Below are positions 21,419 through 32,620 of a stretch of 64,000 nt of DNA, one piece after another. Below the pieces are notes generated by a model. It saw only the letters and a list, made by a program, of their open reading frames with translations. It made no database searches and was not told the origin of the DNA. Numbering within the stretch: position 1 is the stretch's first letter; each line of letters starts with the position of its first letter. Source of the DNA: an uncultured candidate division Zixibacteria bacterium (GTDB lineage Bacteria; Zixibacteria; MSB-5A5; UBA10806); contig CAWFQL010000009.1 in the NCBI GenBank assembly GCA_963817915.1, positions 224,001 to 288,000 of the forward strand, given 5' to 3'. Both the position numbers and the translations under genes were made by a program.

Positions 21419-22417
21419 ATGAGTCGCAAGGTTTTAAGATCATTAGGAATAAATCTTCCAATGCTGCCGACAACCTCGGTTGGCAGTTTCCCCAAGCCAT
21501 CTTATCTTACTAAAGGCAGATCGGATCGCAAAAAAGGGGAAATAACTGATGGCGAACTAACCAAGCTGGAAGATCGCGCTACAAAAGAATGGATGGATTT
21601 TCAGGAGCAGGTCGGGATCGATATTCTGGTAGATGGCGAGATGTACCGCGGAGATATGGTCGCCTATTTCGCTGAAAATATCCCAGGTTTCGATCGCGGC
21701 GGATTGGTTAGGTCTTACGGCAATCGCTACTACTATAAGCCGATAATAAAAAGCAAGCTTCAATATCCGGGCCCAATCACCGTAGAATGGTGGAAACGGG
21801 CGCAATCAATGACCGAAAAGCCAATTAAGGGGATGCTCACGGGCGCTTACACAATCATGGATTGGTCATTTAATGAATTCTATCCTGATCGAGCAGCAGC
21901 AGCATACGCGTTGGCCGATTTGATTCGGGATGAAGTGGCTGAGTTAATCAAGGCCGGATGCCGTATTATCCAGATTGACGAGCCCGCCGTCAGTGTCAGA
22001 CCCGAGGAACTCGAAATCGCCAAGAAGGCGTTGGATATTGTCACAAAGAATCAAAATGCCTATTTTATCACGCATATCTGCTATGGTGCATTCGAGAAGA
22101 TCTACCCTGCCCTATTGGATTTGCCTGTACATAATTTCGATTTGGAAATGTCCAATTCCGGAATGGACATGCTCGAATATTTCCGCAAGTTTCCATTTAC
22201 CAAGGATATCACATTCGGCGTGGTCGATGTCCATTCGCATGTGATCGAGGATGTCGAGACGATCAGACAGCGTATCGAAAAAGCGCTCGAATATCTGCCG
22301 AAGGATCAGGTCTGGATCGACCCCGACTGCGGCCTGAAAACCCGTACAGTCGACGAAGCCAAACAGAAGCTGATTAATATCCAAAAAGCTGTTGACGAGG
22401 TCAGAGCGAAGATGTAG
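21419..22417 (+). CDS. metE: Cobalamin-independent methionine synthase, catalytic subunit of a split MetE
   Basis: PTTSVGSFPK, DGEMYRGDMV.YF, IQIDEP, Zn ligands THIC, LE, PDCGLKT. Confidence 0.88.
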   Translation: MSRKVLRSLGINLPMLPTTSVGSFPKPSYLTKGRSDRKKGEITDGELTKLEDRATKEWMDFQEQVGIDILVDGEMYRGDMVAYFAENIPGFDRGGLVRSYGNRYYYKPIIKSKLQYPGPITVEWWKRAQSMTEKPIKGMLTGAYTIMDWSFNEFYPDRAAAAYALADLIRDEVAELIKAGCRIIQIDEPAVSVRPEELEIAKKALDIVTKNQNAYFITHICYGAFEKIYPALLDLPVHNFDLEMSNSGMDMLEYFRKFPFTKDITFGVVDVHSHVIEDVETIRQRIEKALEYLPKDQVWIDPDCGLKTRTVDEAKQKLINIQKAVDEVRAKM

Positions 22418-22422
22418 GCTGA

Positions 22423-22581
22423 TGAAGACGCAACACGTTGCGTCCTTCAGAAGCCATCCCCACTCCCCTATTATTGGCTTCTTTTTGGGCGGCAGTCGTC
22501 CCGACTGCCCCAAAAGATGCGCAAAGACATGATTATTAGAAGTGGATTTTCTTGTAGAGACATGCCATGGCATGTCTCTAC
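22423..22581. repeat. Cluster of palindromes: degenerate family A (22423..22449), family B (22487..22511), and perfect 28-bp family A GTAGAGACATGCCATGGCATGTCTCTAC (22554..22581)
   Basis: Read directly from the sequence; lies at the 3' end of the RAYT gene. Confidence 0.8.
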
Positions 22582-22585
22582 GTAT

Positions 22586-23169
22586 TTATATAGATAGATT
22601 TTCTAAATGATTCCTATCGCGGGGCCAATTGTTTGGGTTGAACCTGATGTATTCGCGGATTTTCTGAAGAGATTCGTCGTTGCGGATTACGTGGTCGTAA
22701 AAACGCGGCTGCCATCGGAAATTAATATTGTTTAATCGCACACATTTTGTAACCCCTGATTTGAATCCACGGATTATTGACGCCAGATTTCTTGATTGCG
22801 GGCCAAATTTGTTTTTATATGGTAGAGACGCAAGATTTTGCGTCTCTACAGGAAATACATGACCGTCACTCTTACTAATCTGCAATATCCATGCATGTGA
22901 TTTGGCATGACGATAAATTCATCCAATACAACAAACGGGAAATGATTTGGAATTTCCTGCCAACACCGTTGGGCAATTTCGCCTAATAACGATAACCTGA
23001 CGCTTTCGTTTAGTATATTTCCGAAATATTCCTCTTGGTTATGGGTGCATACAGTGACAAAATAAAAACCGCCCTGGCCGTAATCATAATCAGGCAATCG
23101 CGTAGAATCGATTCGGTATCTATTCTGAAATTTGTCATCGTCAGACATATATTGGGATAATATATTCAT
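22586..23169 (-). mobile_element. REP-associated tyrosine transposase (RAYT / TnpA-REP, Y1 HUH family); one apparent indel at ~22885
   Basis: RLPDYDY..GFYFVTVCT, FIVMPNHMHG (HUH), LASIIRGFKS, WQPRFYDHVIRN, IREYIRFNP; flanked by GTAG-initiated palindromes. Confidence 0.9.
22822..22849. repeat. Family A REP inside the RAYT coding sequence (encodes VETQNLASL)
   Basis: GTAGAGACGCAAGATTTTGCGTCTCTAC, identical to 23175..23202. Confidence 0.85.
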
Positions 23170-23174
23170 TTCTG

Positions 23175-23202
23175 GTAGAGACGCAAGATTTTGCGTCTCT
23201 AC
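23175..23202. repeat. Family A REP at the 5' side of the RAYT
   Basis: GTAGAGACGCAAGATTTTGCGTCTCTAC. Confidence 0.85.
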
Positions 23203-23237
23203 GGCTGCCCGAAACTCCCCCCTCCCCCATTATAGGC

Positions 23238-23265
23238 TTGACAATCGGTATGTTATAAATATAAT
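23238..23265 (+). promoter_or_regulatory. Consensus sigma-70 promoter for tRNA-Leu
   Basis: TTGACA-N16-TATAAT ending 13 nt before the tRNA. Confidence 0.8.
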
Positions 23266-23278
23266 ATGGCGTTTCATT

Positions 23279-23364
23279 GCCGGAGTGGTGAAACTGGCAG
23301 ACGCGCTGGACTCAAAATCCAGTGGGGCTTAAACCCCGTGTCGGTTCGATTCCGACCTCCGGCA
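23279..23364 (+). tRNA. tRNA-Leu (anticodon CAA)
   Basis: GCCGGAG/CTCCGGC acceptor stem, anticodon arm CTGGA-CTCAAAA-TCCAG, long variable arm, GTTCGATTC T-loop; CCA not encoded. Confidence 0.95.
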
Positions 23365-23726
23365 TTTTTTTATTTCAGAAAATATGTAAATAAGTATTTG
23401 GTTTCTACCGACAAAATATCTATAATATGGTGTCTTTTGTAACGGCTTCTTTGTAAAGCGAGACTGAATTGCAATTCGGTGCACCGGTGTTATTTCGAAG
23501 ATTGGCTATACCAGATGTGTCATTACGCGATACGGCGTTTAATAATTCAAAACCGCCAAAAACCCATGCCAACCGCATGGCTATCATCGACCTCCAGGCC
23601 CGATATTCACAGTTTTCCCGTATAAAAAATTGGAATCCGTGAGCGCCATATTTTGTTAATCATATTTAATGGGGGCGCTTTCCCCAAGGTTGGAAATTAT
23701 TGTTTAATTTTTTAATAGGAGGCCTA

Positions 23727-26700
23727 ATGCGAGTTGCTTTCCGAGTCGTGCTAATGATTTTAACATTATTCCTGGTAGCCCAGCCCGCGACAAATAGGGT
23801 TGTTTTTGATCAGGCTAATCTTGAAGTCGCGCCAATGATTATGAAAAATTCTTCACAATCCCAGACCAGCATCGGTTTTAGAATGGCTGGAATTGAAGAA
23901 GAACCATCTGTTGCGGCTGGAGTGACTTATCAAAATATAACTGCAATTACACCCGAACCTATGAAATTCGGATCAACTGGCGAGGAAGGTCTCCCCGAGT
24001 TGCCGGTTTTCGCCCATTTAATTGGTATTCCGGATCAATCAGGCGTAAGAGTGGAAATTATATCGTCATCCTATCAGATTATCGATAATGTCGATGTCAT
24101 GCCCTCTCAGCCTTCGCCGATTGAAGGTTCTTCCGAAGTACCCCCATTTACCAAAGACGAGGCCTTTTATCAAAAAAATGAGTTCTATCCATCAAATGTG
24201 GTGGAGCTCGGTGAGCCGGTAATATGCCGCGATCTTAGAATGATTCAAACTATTGTAAATCCGGTTCAATATAACCCGGTGACAAGACAATTGAAGGTTT
24301 ATACCAATGTAGACTATAATCTTGTTTACGAAGGTACTGACTCAAGAAATGCCAAAGTACGCCATAATAACAATATATCAGAAACGTTCATGCCATTATA
24401 TCGATCGTTGGTGCCAAATGCTGACGAGATGCTGGCGACCTATCAGCCTATCCGAGGCGGTTATCTTATCTTAGTGCCCGACGCGTTTTACGATACAGTC
24501 CAGGCATTGGCCCGTTGGAAACACTTGAAGGGCTATTCGGTTGTGGTCACAAAGGCAAGACAGATTAATTCTTCCGGTATCCCGTCTACTACACAAATAC
24601 TCAATTATATCAGGACTGCCTATCAAACATGGGCAGTGCCTCCGGAATTTGTCTGTATAGTCGGGGACGAATCCGGATTGCCAACTTATTTTCAGGATTC
24701 GCCGTACTCGAGCTATCCATCAGACCATGACTATTCATGTGTTGATGGTACGGACTATTTGTCGGATGTGATGGTTACGAGAATGTCGGTTTCGAATTTA
24801 TCCAATTTTCGAGTAGCAATGTGGAAAGCTATCATATACGATAGTAACCCGTTCATGGGAGATCCCAATATGTATTCCCGGGGCCTTTCCGTCGGTGGAA
24901 ATACAGCCGGAGGAGTCACTCAGCGACTTACTACGTTGTGGGTTCGGGAGCAACAATTGCGTCATGGCTTTACACAGGTTGATACCGCCTTTTGCTGGAC
25001 TTCCAGCTACAGCTGTGCTTACAACGCTCAAATACATAACTCGATTATAAACGGTACCGGTATAACGAATGTGAGGGGCGCGGGAAGCAGCGATGGCTGG
25101 TGGGCTCCGCCATATGACATAGCTCACGTGGATCAACTTCCCGGAAACAACAAATTAGGGATTATGGCTGTTCTGACATGCGGAACCGGCGATTTTGGAT
25201 ATCCTGATTGTATGGCTGAGCATTGGATCCGCGTAGGGACTCTGCCCAATAATTTAAAGGGAGGGCCCGGCTATTACGGCGTATCCGATCACAATACGCA
25301 TTGCAAATGGAACAACCCCATTATGATCGGTTTTAATTGGGCGTATCTGACGGAGGGTATCTACAATTTCGCGAGCGCGGCATTTAGAGGCAAGATCGAA
25401 GATTATAATACTTACCCCAGATTCCGCGGACCGGGCAATTGGGTCGAGCATTATTTTCATACCTACAATACTATGGGAGAACCTGAGATGGAAATCAGGA
25501 CCGCTGCTCCCATGACCTTTACCGCGACATATACTGACACGATCCCAACAGGCTCTTCGATGCTGACAATCAATGTACTTGGCGACGATCATTTGCCGCT
25601 TGAAGGCGCTTATGTCTGCCTTCAAAAGGATACCGCGGCGCCGGATAGCGAAGTCTTTGTAGGCGGCCGAACCGATAACCACGGCGATATCACGCTGAAT
25701 TTCATGACTACGGTCGCGGGCACGATGAATGCCACTGTTACCTACCACAATTATATTCCCCATAAGGGCGTAGTTGTAGTAGAATCGCGGGCTGTTGCAG
25801 TCAATGTCAACAATATTGTGATAGATGATGATAATAGCGGCAATTCTTCCGGCAACAACGATGGCAAAGTAAATCCATCGGAAACCGTCGAATTTGCGGT
25901 TGAATTAAGGAATTTTGGCACCACCGATAACGCGACGAATGTCAGCGCTACATTAACCTCGCCAAATCCCGACATTACGATAACGACTCCAACACAATCT
26001 TACGGCGAAATCGCCCCGGGCGGAATTGCCAATTCCAATAAATTCGCGGTTCATTTCGCGAACAACCTGCCTCATGGCGAACGTTTTATCTTACCATTAA
26101 ATATAACTTCCGATCAGGGTTCATGGACCGGGGCTTTGCCGGTTGATATCAAATCCATGCGCTTTATTGTACAAGCAACGGCGTACCCCAATAATTCCAA
26201 TGGCAGACTTGATCCCGGCGACTCTTCGCAAATCGTGTTTACATTGTTGAATAATGGTGAACTTGACGCAACATCAATGACCTGCGTAATGACGTGTCCC
26301 GATACCGGGGTAACTATTTTGAATAGCGCCGCCAGCTTCGGAGATATTCCGATCGGAGGCACAGGCTCCAATTCAGGCACCCCACTAATCGTCCGCATAT
26401 CCCCTATGATGTATCAGGGTCACAATTTGAATTTCAATTTGCTTTTGACCTCAAGCAATGGAAGCATCACCAATAAGGTAATTTCTATAGCAGTCGGCAA
26501 TGTTGCCACCTCCGATCCCATGGGTCCGGACAATTACGGATACTACATCTACGACAATACGGATGTCAATTACCCGGCACACCCGACATATAGTTGGACA
26601 GAAATCAGCCCGTACGTGAGCGGACCCGGCACCAGAGTTGTATTCCGCGGAAGCAATACCGATGACAATTCCGAAGTTGTGCCGCTTCCATTCAATCTGA

Positions 26701-28603
26701 AATATTATGGGCAAAATTTCAGCTACGCCCTTGTCAGCATTAATGGCTTCATGGCCTTTGATACTTCGCGGGTGGATATGGGAGGCAATCACTGGACAGC
26801 ATTTGACAATAGTCAAATTCCTGAGCCAGCCGCGCCGGATGGAATCATAGCGCCATTCTGGGACGATCTGGAATATGCCGGGAATAACGGCGTGTTCCAA
26901 TATAATGATACTACAAATCACAGATATATCATTGAGTGGAAAAACTGCACTCACGCAAGAGAGCCCAGTCATCATCCCGAAACATTCCAGATGATCATAT
27001 TGATACAGCGATTACTACCCAACTCCTACGGGAGATTGTGAAATCATGTTACCAATATCAAACCGTTTACAATGACGACAACGACAGCTACAACGATCTT
27101 CAGCCGGGCCTTTTCAGCACTGTTGGCATGCAGAATCTCTCGAATAGCGACGGCCTCGAATATACATTCGATAATTTTTACGGTCCGGGCGCCGCTACTC
27201 TGGTGGCCGGCCGCGCTATCAAGATCACAACCGCATTCGGATTCCAGGGTCAACCGAGTCTGGCATACGACCCCACATATTTCGCGAAGAGCGCAGCAAT
27301 AGGGCAGATTATCACAGATACGCTCACGATCTCAAATAACGGAGCAGGGTCATTGGAATTTTCGTTAAACCCATTCACTGATAATCGAGTGGTCTCTGAA
27401 AATCCTGCTCAGGGCCAAAATGAATCTCAGACCGTTAATCAAAAACCAATTGGTCAAACACCTACAGCCGGAGCAAAATCAGGCGATGGAAATCAGCCGA
27501 TTTATCCGCCTATGCCGCTAAATCAGGGCGGCCCGGATGCCTTTGGCAATAGATGGATCGATTCTGATGAAATCGGAGGTCCGACATTTAACTGGATTGA
27601 TATCAGCGGCGCGGGTACGCCAGTGACGCTGACTGATGATAGTTTTGCCGGACCGATTGAATTGGGGATGAATTTCCCATTCTACGGGACTAATTATTCG
27701 CAAGTATTTATTGGTTCCAATGGTTTCATTTCCTTTGGTGCAGGCTCGAATTCATATACAAATGTTGAAATACCCAATGCCACCGAGCCAAATAATATGA
27801 TTGCGGCGTGTTGGGACGATATGAATCCGGAAGCGGGCGGCACAATCTATTATTACCACGATACGACTAACGGCCGATTCATTATTAGCTATGTAGGTCT
27901 ACCGTTCTATTCCGGAGGCGCCGACGCCACATTCGAAATAATCCTTAATTCCAACGGCCAGATTGCCATCGAATACGGCGCCCTTAATCCCGGCTCCAGA
28001 GGGCTGAATCAGCTTACGGTCGGAATTGAAAACGCCGATGGCACCGATGGTCTCCAGGTGGCTTACAACGCCGAATATTTGCACAGCAATATGGCAATTT
28101 TATTCATGCCGCAGGCTACATGGCTGCAAACAAATATCCACGGCGGGACTGTGCCCTCCGGCGAGAGCGCATTAGCGATAGTGACATTCGATGCGACCGG
28201 ACTTGCCGAGGGATTGTATACTGGCCATCTCGATCTCGATTCGAATGATCCAGCTAACCCCGCTATTGATGTTCGCGTATCCCTGGCAGTGCGAACGGGT
28301 GGTCCCGGATGCAACTATGTCATGGGTGATATTAACGGCAACGGTACCTTCGATGGCCTTGATGTGGTTTATGCGGTAAATTACTATAAGGGAGGCAGTG
28401 AGCCGCCTATAACTTGCGATTGCCCGCCACACGGAACACTATTTGTAGGTGGAGATGTCAACGGCAGTTGTTCATTCAATGGACTGGACATAACCTACAT
28501 TGTAAATTACTTCAAGGGTGGCCCGTCATTTGAACCATGCGCCAGTTGCCCTCCGGGAAGAGCATCGATTAATAATCGTGGGATAGCACCCTCTGGTCAA
28601 TAA
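23727..28603 (+). CDS. Large secreted gingipain-family (C25) protein with propeptide, Ig-like/NIDO-like modules and a C-terminal dockerin; broken by indels at ~27000-27050
   Basis: AGGAGG SD before ATG 23727; LARWKHLKGY, CIVGD, SDHDYSC, TCGTGDF, YNTMGEP; the bridging frame reads YYPTPTGDCEIM; dockerin GDINGNGTFDGLDVVY...GDVNGSCSFNGLDITY. Confidence 0.85.
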
Positions 28604-28629
28604 AATCAGATAGCCAAGTAATTGATGAT

Positions 28630-28661
28630 ATACCCTCCCTTCAATTTTGAAGGGGGGGTAT
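28630..28661. terminator. Probable bidirectional intrinsic terminator
   Basis: ATACCCTCCCTTCAA-tt-TTGAAGGGGGGGTAT between convergent genes. Confidence 0.7.
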
Positions 28662-28662
28662 T

Positions 28663-30861
28663 TTATTGTATGAGAGAATAATTCAAGTCTTTGAGTTCGG
28701 AGTTTTTAATCGGCGAAATAAAAAACCATATATAATTTTTCAGTTTTCCATGCTCATTATAGACCGGCAAAATGACAATCATTTTGCTCACGGCATTCTG
28801 CTGACCGGAATTTAATATCAATTCCTCTACCAGGTGGTTTTCACCTTGAAGCCTGGCCCATATCAATTCACGAATCCCGGTTCTTAATATTGACAAATCG
28901 ACGGTAAGTATATTTTTGCCAGAAATATTTTCATTATCAATATTGAATGTGGCGGAAAATGATTTATTATAGAATCCAACTATACCCGCCGTATCCGTGA
29001 TAACGACCGGTTCGCCCAGATTTTCAAATAATGTTTGAATAAAACCCGATCTTTCGAGAATTCTCTTATATTCGCTAATGTCTCTAACAATCCACTGAAT
29101 AAAACAAGAATTATCCGCAGTAATTATTGACGCGCCGATTGAACAAGGGGTCATAATTCCATCTTTCGATATATAATCGATTTCGGGCATCGATTCGCTG
29201 CCGGATCTTTTGACATTTTGCCAGAGCTTTTTCGCTACATGCATGGCAGCCGGCGGATTCAAGTCCCAGATATAAAATGACGCGAATTCCGATTTGGAAT
29301 ATTTGAAGAATTTTTCGGCAACCTCATTAACATCGGATATGCGGCCAGTGATTGAATCAACCAATAGGATGGGCACTCCCGCCATGTTCAGCGATGTTTT
29401 ATATATTCGTTCGCTTTCTTTAAGTTTCATAAAGAGGCGACTGCCTTCAAGAGCCGCGGACGCCTGAGACGCGAATATTGTCAGCGCCTTGATATCTTCT
29501 TCTTTAAATTTAATCTTGCGCACTTTATAAAGAGTCAATGCGCCAAGTACTTTATTTTTGGTAAGTAACGGGACTGAAAGAAGCGATTCCTCCTCTTCGT
29601 CAGGCGTGCCGGGTACGAGCATTGCTATACCGTCAACGTCATCATAATTTTGTATCATGGCTTTGCCGTCCCTGATAACCGCCCCTGTCAGCCCCTGCCC
29701 GACCGCCATTTCGAAATTCATGATTTCGGTATTAAAGCCTTCAGCGGTCGCGTAAATAGGCTTAATCTTCTGAGTGGAATCGTTAAGAGAAAATATGATA
29801 CAACTATCCGCGCCGGTCAAATTTTCGGCGGCTTTTGAGATTGCTTCAAGCACATCTTTCATTTCCAGCGAGGCCGAAAGGATTTTGCTGGTTTCGTATA
29901 AGCTTGCTACCGTTCTGGTTTCGATTGTAAGTTGTCTGTTCATTAACTCTCTGCCTCTCTCTTCATGGAGTATGCATAGCAGATTATGAACGTCCTGTCC
30001 TTTTCTCTTGATATCGGTGAGCCAGAGCTGGACCGGAATTTTTTCACCGTCATTAGCAATCAGATGGCAGCGCAATTTATTGGCGCTCTCGGCTGAAAGC
30101 ACCTTAAAACGCCAATTACTTGGGATTTCAAAAAACCGGATCGCATCGCTTCCCTTCAGATGCTCATTGTCATATCCCGATAATGACAGAAAATCGGAAT
30201 TGGCATATACGATTTTCCCTGATAAGTCCAGTATTACGTATGGATTAGTAATGGATTCAATCAAATCGTTAGCGTCGATTCCCAGGTTTCTTAGCATTTG
30301 AGACTTTGACGGGTAAAGCTTTATGAAAATTGTCGATACTCCAAGTGCGACGCCTACCCCCGAAGCCACAAGATCTGGCAACTGGGCGAAGTATACTGCC
30401 CAGATAATAGCAGATATGCCGAGTAGCAGCCTTCTGGAGTCCGAAAAGACGATCATCGCAAAAATCAGATAAGTAATTGCGAATGGCGTTACGCGGTCGT
30501 GTATTAATGGAAATAATTTTGAATCCGTGAATACTATTAGGCAAAGCGCTACCAGGACAAAAGCTGAAACGCTCCAGGTGATAAATGATTTCTTATTGAT
30601 TTTGTCCTGCATCTCTTTTCTTTCGAGCGCAAGTGCACCCGGAAGAAATAGAAGAATCAATGCTGCCCATTCGCCGTCTACATTGGCCAAAATACCTGTA
30701 GAATACGCAATTGAAATTAATCCGTGAAATATAAGGAAAAATGAAATTATTATGTAAACGAGCGAATCGCTTATATTGATTCTGCTTCTAAAGCCCCGTT
30801 GCACCAGTATAAATAGCAGTGCGCAACCGAGAAGGATTATTATCAAATGGTGAGCTAGCAT
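28663..30861 (-). CDS. Multi-TM membrane sensor with PAS-GAF-PAS-PAS domains and no recognisable output domain
   Basis: Hydrophobic N-terminus, PAS (ILDLSGKIVYAN), GAF (GQGLTG..SLLSVPL), two further PAS-like repeats. Confidence 0.75.
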   Translation of the reverse strand: MLAHHLIIILLGCALLFILVQRGFRSRINISDSLVYIIISFFLIFHGLISIAYSTGILANVDGEWAALILLFLPGALALERKEMQDKINKKSFITWSVSAFVLVALCLIVFTDSKLFPLIHDRVTPFAITYLIFAMIVFSDSRRLLLGISAIIWAVYFAQLPDLVASGVGVALGVSTIFIKLYPSKSQMLRNLGIDANDLIESITNPYVILDLSGKIVYANSDFLSLSGYDNEHLKGSDAIRFFEIPSNWRFKVLSAESANKLRCHLIANDGEKIPVQLWLTDIKRKGQDVHNLLCILHEERGRELMNRQLTIETRTVASLYETSKILSASLEMKDVLEAISKAAENLTGADSCIIFSLNDSTQKIKPIYATAEGFNTEIMNFEMAVGQGLTGAVIRDGKAMIQNYDDVDGIAMLVPGTPDEEEESLLSVPLLTKNKVLGALTLYKVRKIKFKEEDIKALTIFASQASAALEGSRLFMKLKESERIYKTSLNMAGVPILLVDSITGRISDVNEVAEKFFKYSKSEFASFYIWDLNPPAAMHVAKKLWQNVKRSGSESMPEIDYISKDGIMTPCSIGASIITADNSCFIQWIVRDISEYKRILERSGFIQTLFENLGEPVVITDTAGIVGFYNKSFSATFNIDNENISGKNILTVDLSILRTGIRELIWARLQGENHLVEELILNSGQQNAVSKMIVILPVYNEHGKLKNYIWFFISPIKNSELKDLNYSLIQ

Positions 30862-31066
30862 CGTTTTTCCTATATAATTTATTTATCGAGCATTCTGATT
30901 ATAATCTTAATCTTAATAAGAGATTGTCCAGATATTCACTTAATAAATACGCCGGAATATTTCATTGTGAAATTGTAAAGACTCCTTTGGCCATTTTTGT
31001 AATTATTACTACTTAAAAGCCAACGAGTTAATTATGGATAAATGAACAGGGATAAGTTAAATGGAA

Positions 31067-32539
31067 TCAGGATTTCGAGAATGATCTATCGTATCTTTTG
31101 AGCCAGAATGAGAATTTTGAGCCTATTCCGAGCTTGCTTTCGACTTCGATTTTTTGTTCGTGGGCATCGATAACATGCTTTACTATCGCAAGTCCCAGCC
31201 CTAAATGCTCCCCGGAATTTTGATCGGTAGGCTCCAGCCTGTAAAAACGTTCGAAAATACGCGGTATCTGATCCTCGGCTATACCGGAACCGCTGTCTTC
31301 TATTATGATTTTTACCCGTGTATCTTCATCGATACAGGATATTTTTATATAGCCTTTTTGAGTATTATCAAGGGCATTTTCAACGAGATTCTCCATCGCC
31401 ATCCTAATCAATTTTTCATCACCGCGCGCAAATATTTTCTCGTTGCCGTTCGGAAGGTCGACCTCCAGATTCAGCCCCTTGGTTTTGGCTAATTCCTTAA
31501 AAGGTCCGATCATGCCATAGATCATTGTGCCTATCCTGAATCCTCGAAATTCGATCATAGCTTCGCCATATTCGATTTTTGAAATATCGATCAGGGTCGA
31601 AATGATTTTATCCAATTTATTTGCCTGATTAAGTGCGCTGGTCAATTCGCCGCCGTCGATCGACTTTCCCGATGATAGTTTATTCCCCATGTTTTGGATG
31701 ATATTTTTCAAATCCGCGATCGGATCCTTCAACCGCGCGGAAACATTGGCGAAAAATTCGCGGCGTATATTTTCAAGCTGGGCGACACGGATTCGCAACT
31801 GCTTGAGATTATCGACCATATCGTTGAGAGCATCGGCGAGCTCGCCTACTTCATCGGGGCTTTTTATATTGGTTTTTTCTGGCAGTTCCTCGGTTCGTAT
31901 GCGCCTCGTGAATACGGTTAATTCTTCGATGGTATGAGAAATCATGGCGGAAACCCAGAACGCTACCGCCACCAATGCGACCAAACCTAAAAAGCTTCCC
32001 CAAATTATAACCTCGGTCATTCGGCCAAGCAGCAATGAAACCTGGGTCAATGATTTAACCATTAAAAGTTTTTTGCCATCGGCAAAATCGACCTGGACCT
32101 TCAAGTAACGGTTGAAGCCGATCTCGATAAATTTCCGTTTGATATTCGGTTCGGGTGTCACCTGTGACGAATTTAAAATCGGGATTGATAATATCTGGGC
32201 AGTGTCAGCCAATGATATATCCTGGTGTGTCGAAATAATTTCGCCGGATTTTGAAATCAGATAGACCGTACATTCGGAAGCCCGCGATACACCTGCTGCC
32301 AGACTATCATAATTAATTGCGGCGTCTCTTGTATTCATTGATGAAGCCAGTAATCCGGCTGTCTCCATCTGCTTGATATACATTCCGGTAAAAAAAAGGC
32401 GTACCTGGCTAAGCGCATAGATTATCACGGGCACGGCAACCACGATAAAGAGCACTGAAAAACTTAGGGCTATACGCACCTTTATCCGACTAAGAAATTC
32501 GGAAATAAAATTAGACAATCCGCGCTTCATTGTGTCCAT
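31067..32539 (-). CDS. Membrane HAMP sensor histidine kinase-like protein (PhoR-like); H-box His appears substituted
   Basis: Two TMs, HAMP (DEVGELADALN), FFANVSARLKDP where HELKTP is expected, NLVENA, DSGSGI, GLGLAIV. Confidence 0.85.
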   Translation of the reverse strand: MDTMKRGLSNFISEFLSRIKVRIALSFSVLFIVVAVPVIIYALSQVRLFFTGMYIKQMETAGLLASSMNTRDAAINYDSLAAGVSRASECTVYLISKSGEIISTHQDISLADTAQILSIPILNSSQVTPEPNIKRKFIEIGFNRYLKVQVDFADGKKLLMVKSLTQVSLLLGRMTEVIIWGSFLGLVALVAVAFWVSAMISHTIEELTVFTRRIRTEELPEKTNIKSPDEVGELADALNDMVDNLKQLRIRVAQLENIRREFFANVSARLKDPIADLKNIIQNMGNKLSSGKSIDGGELTSALNQANKLDKIISTLIDISKIEYGEAMIEFRGFRIGTMIYGMIGPFKELAKTKGLNLEVDLPNGNEKIFARGDEKLIRMAMENLVENALDNTQKGYIKISCIDEDTRVKIIIEDSGSGIAEDQIPRIFERFYRLEPTDQNSGEHLGLGLAIVKHVIDAHEQKIEVESKLGIGSKFSFWLKRYDRSFSKS

Positions 32540-32620
32540 ATGTATGATTACTGAGAATCAAAATCAAGTTAAATCGCTTAATGATTGCGTTGGCGAATCA
32601 TATCGAATATATTTCCCGCC

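Noticed and set aside
22112..22573. 153-aa minus-strand ORF
   Set aside because: Antisense to metE and running through the REP cluster; shadow ORF
23365..23726. Riboswitch or ncRNA in the long leader of the C25 gene
   Set aside because: No recognisable aptamer motifs by eye; an Rfam/Infernal search would be needed
26936..27060. Programmed frameshift or selenocysteine read-through in the C25 gene
   Set aside because: Several separate indels are needed to restore the frame, and the TGA is out of the conserved frame; matches the window-wide error pattern
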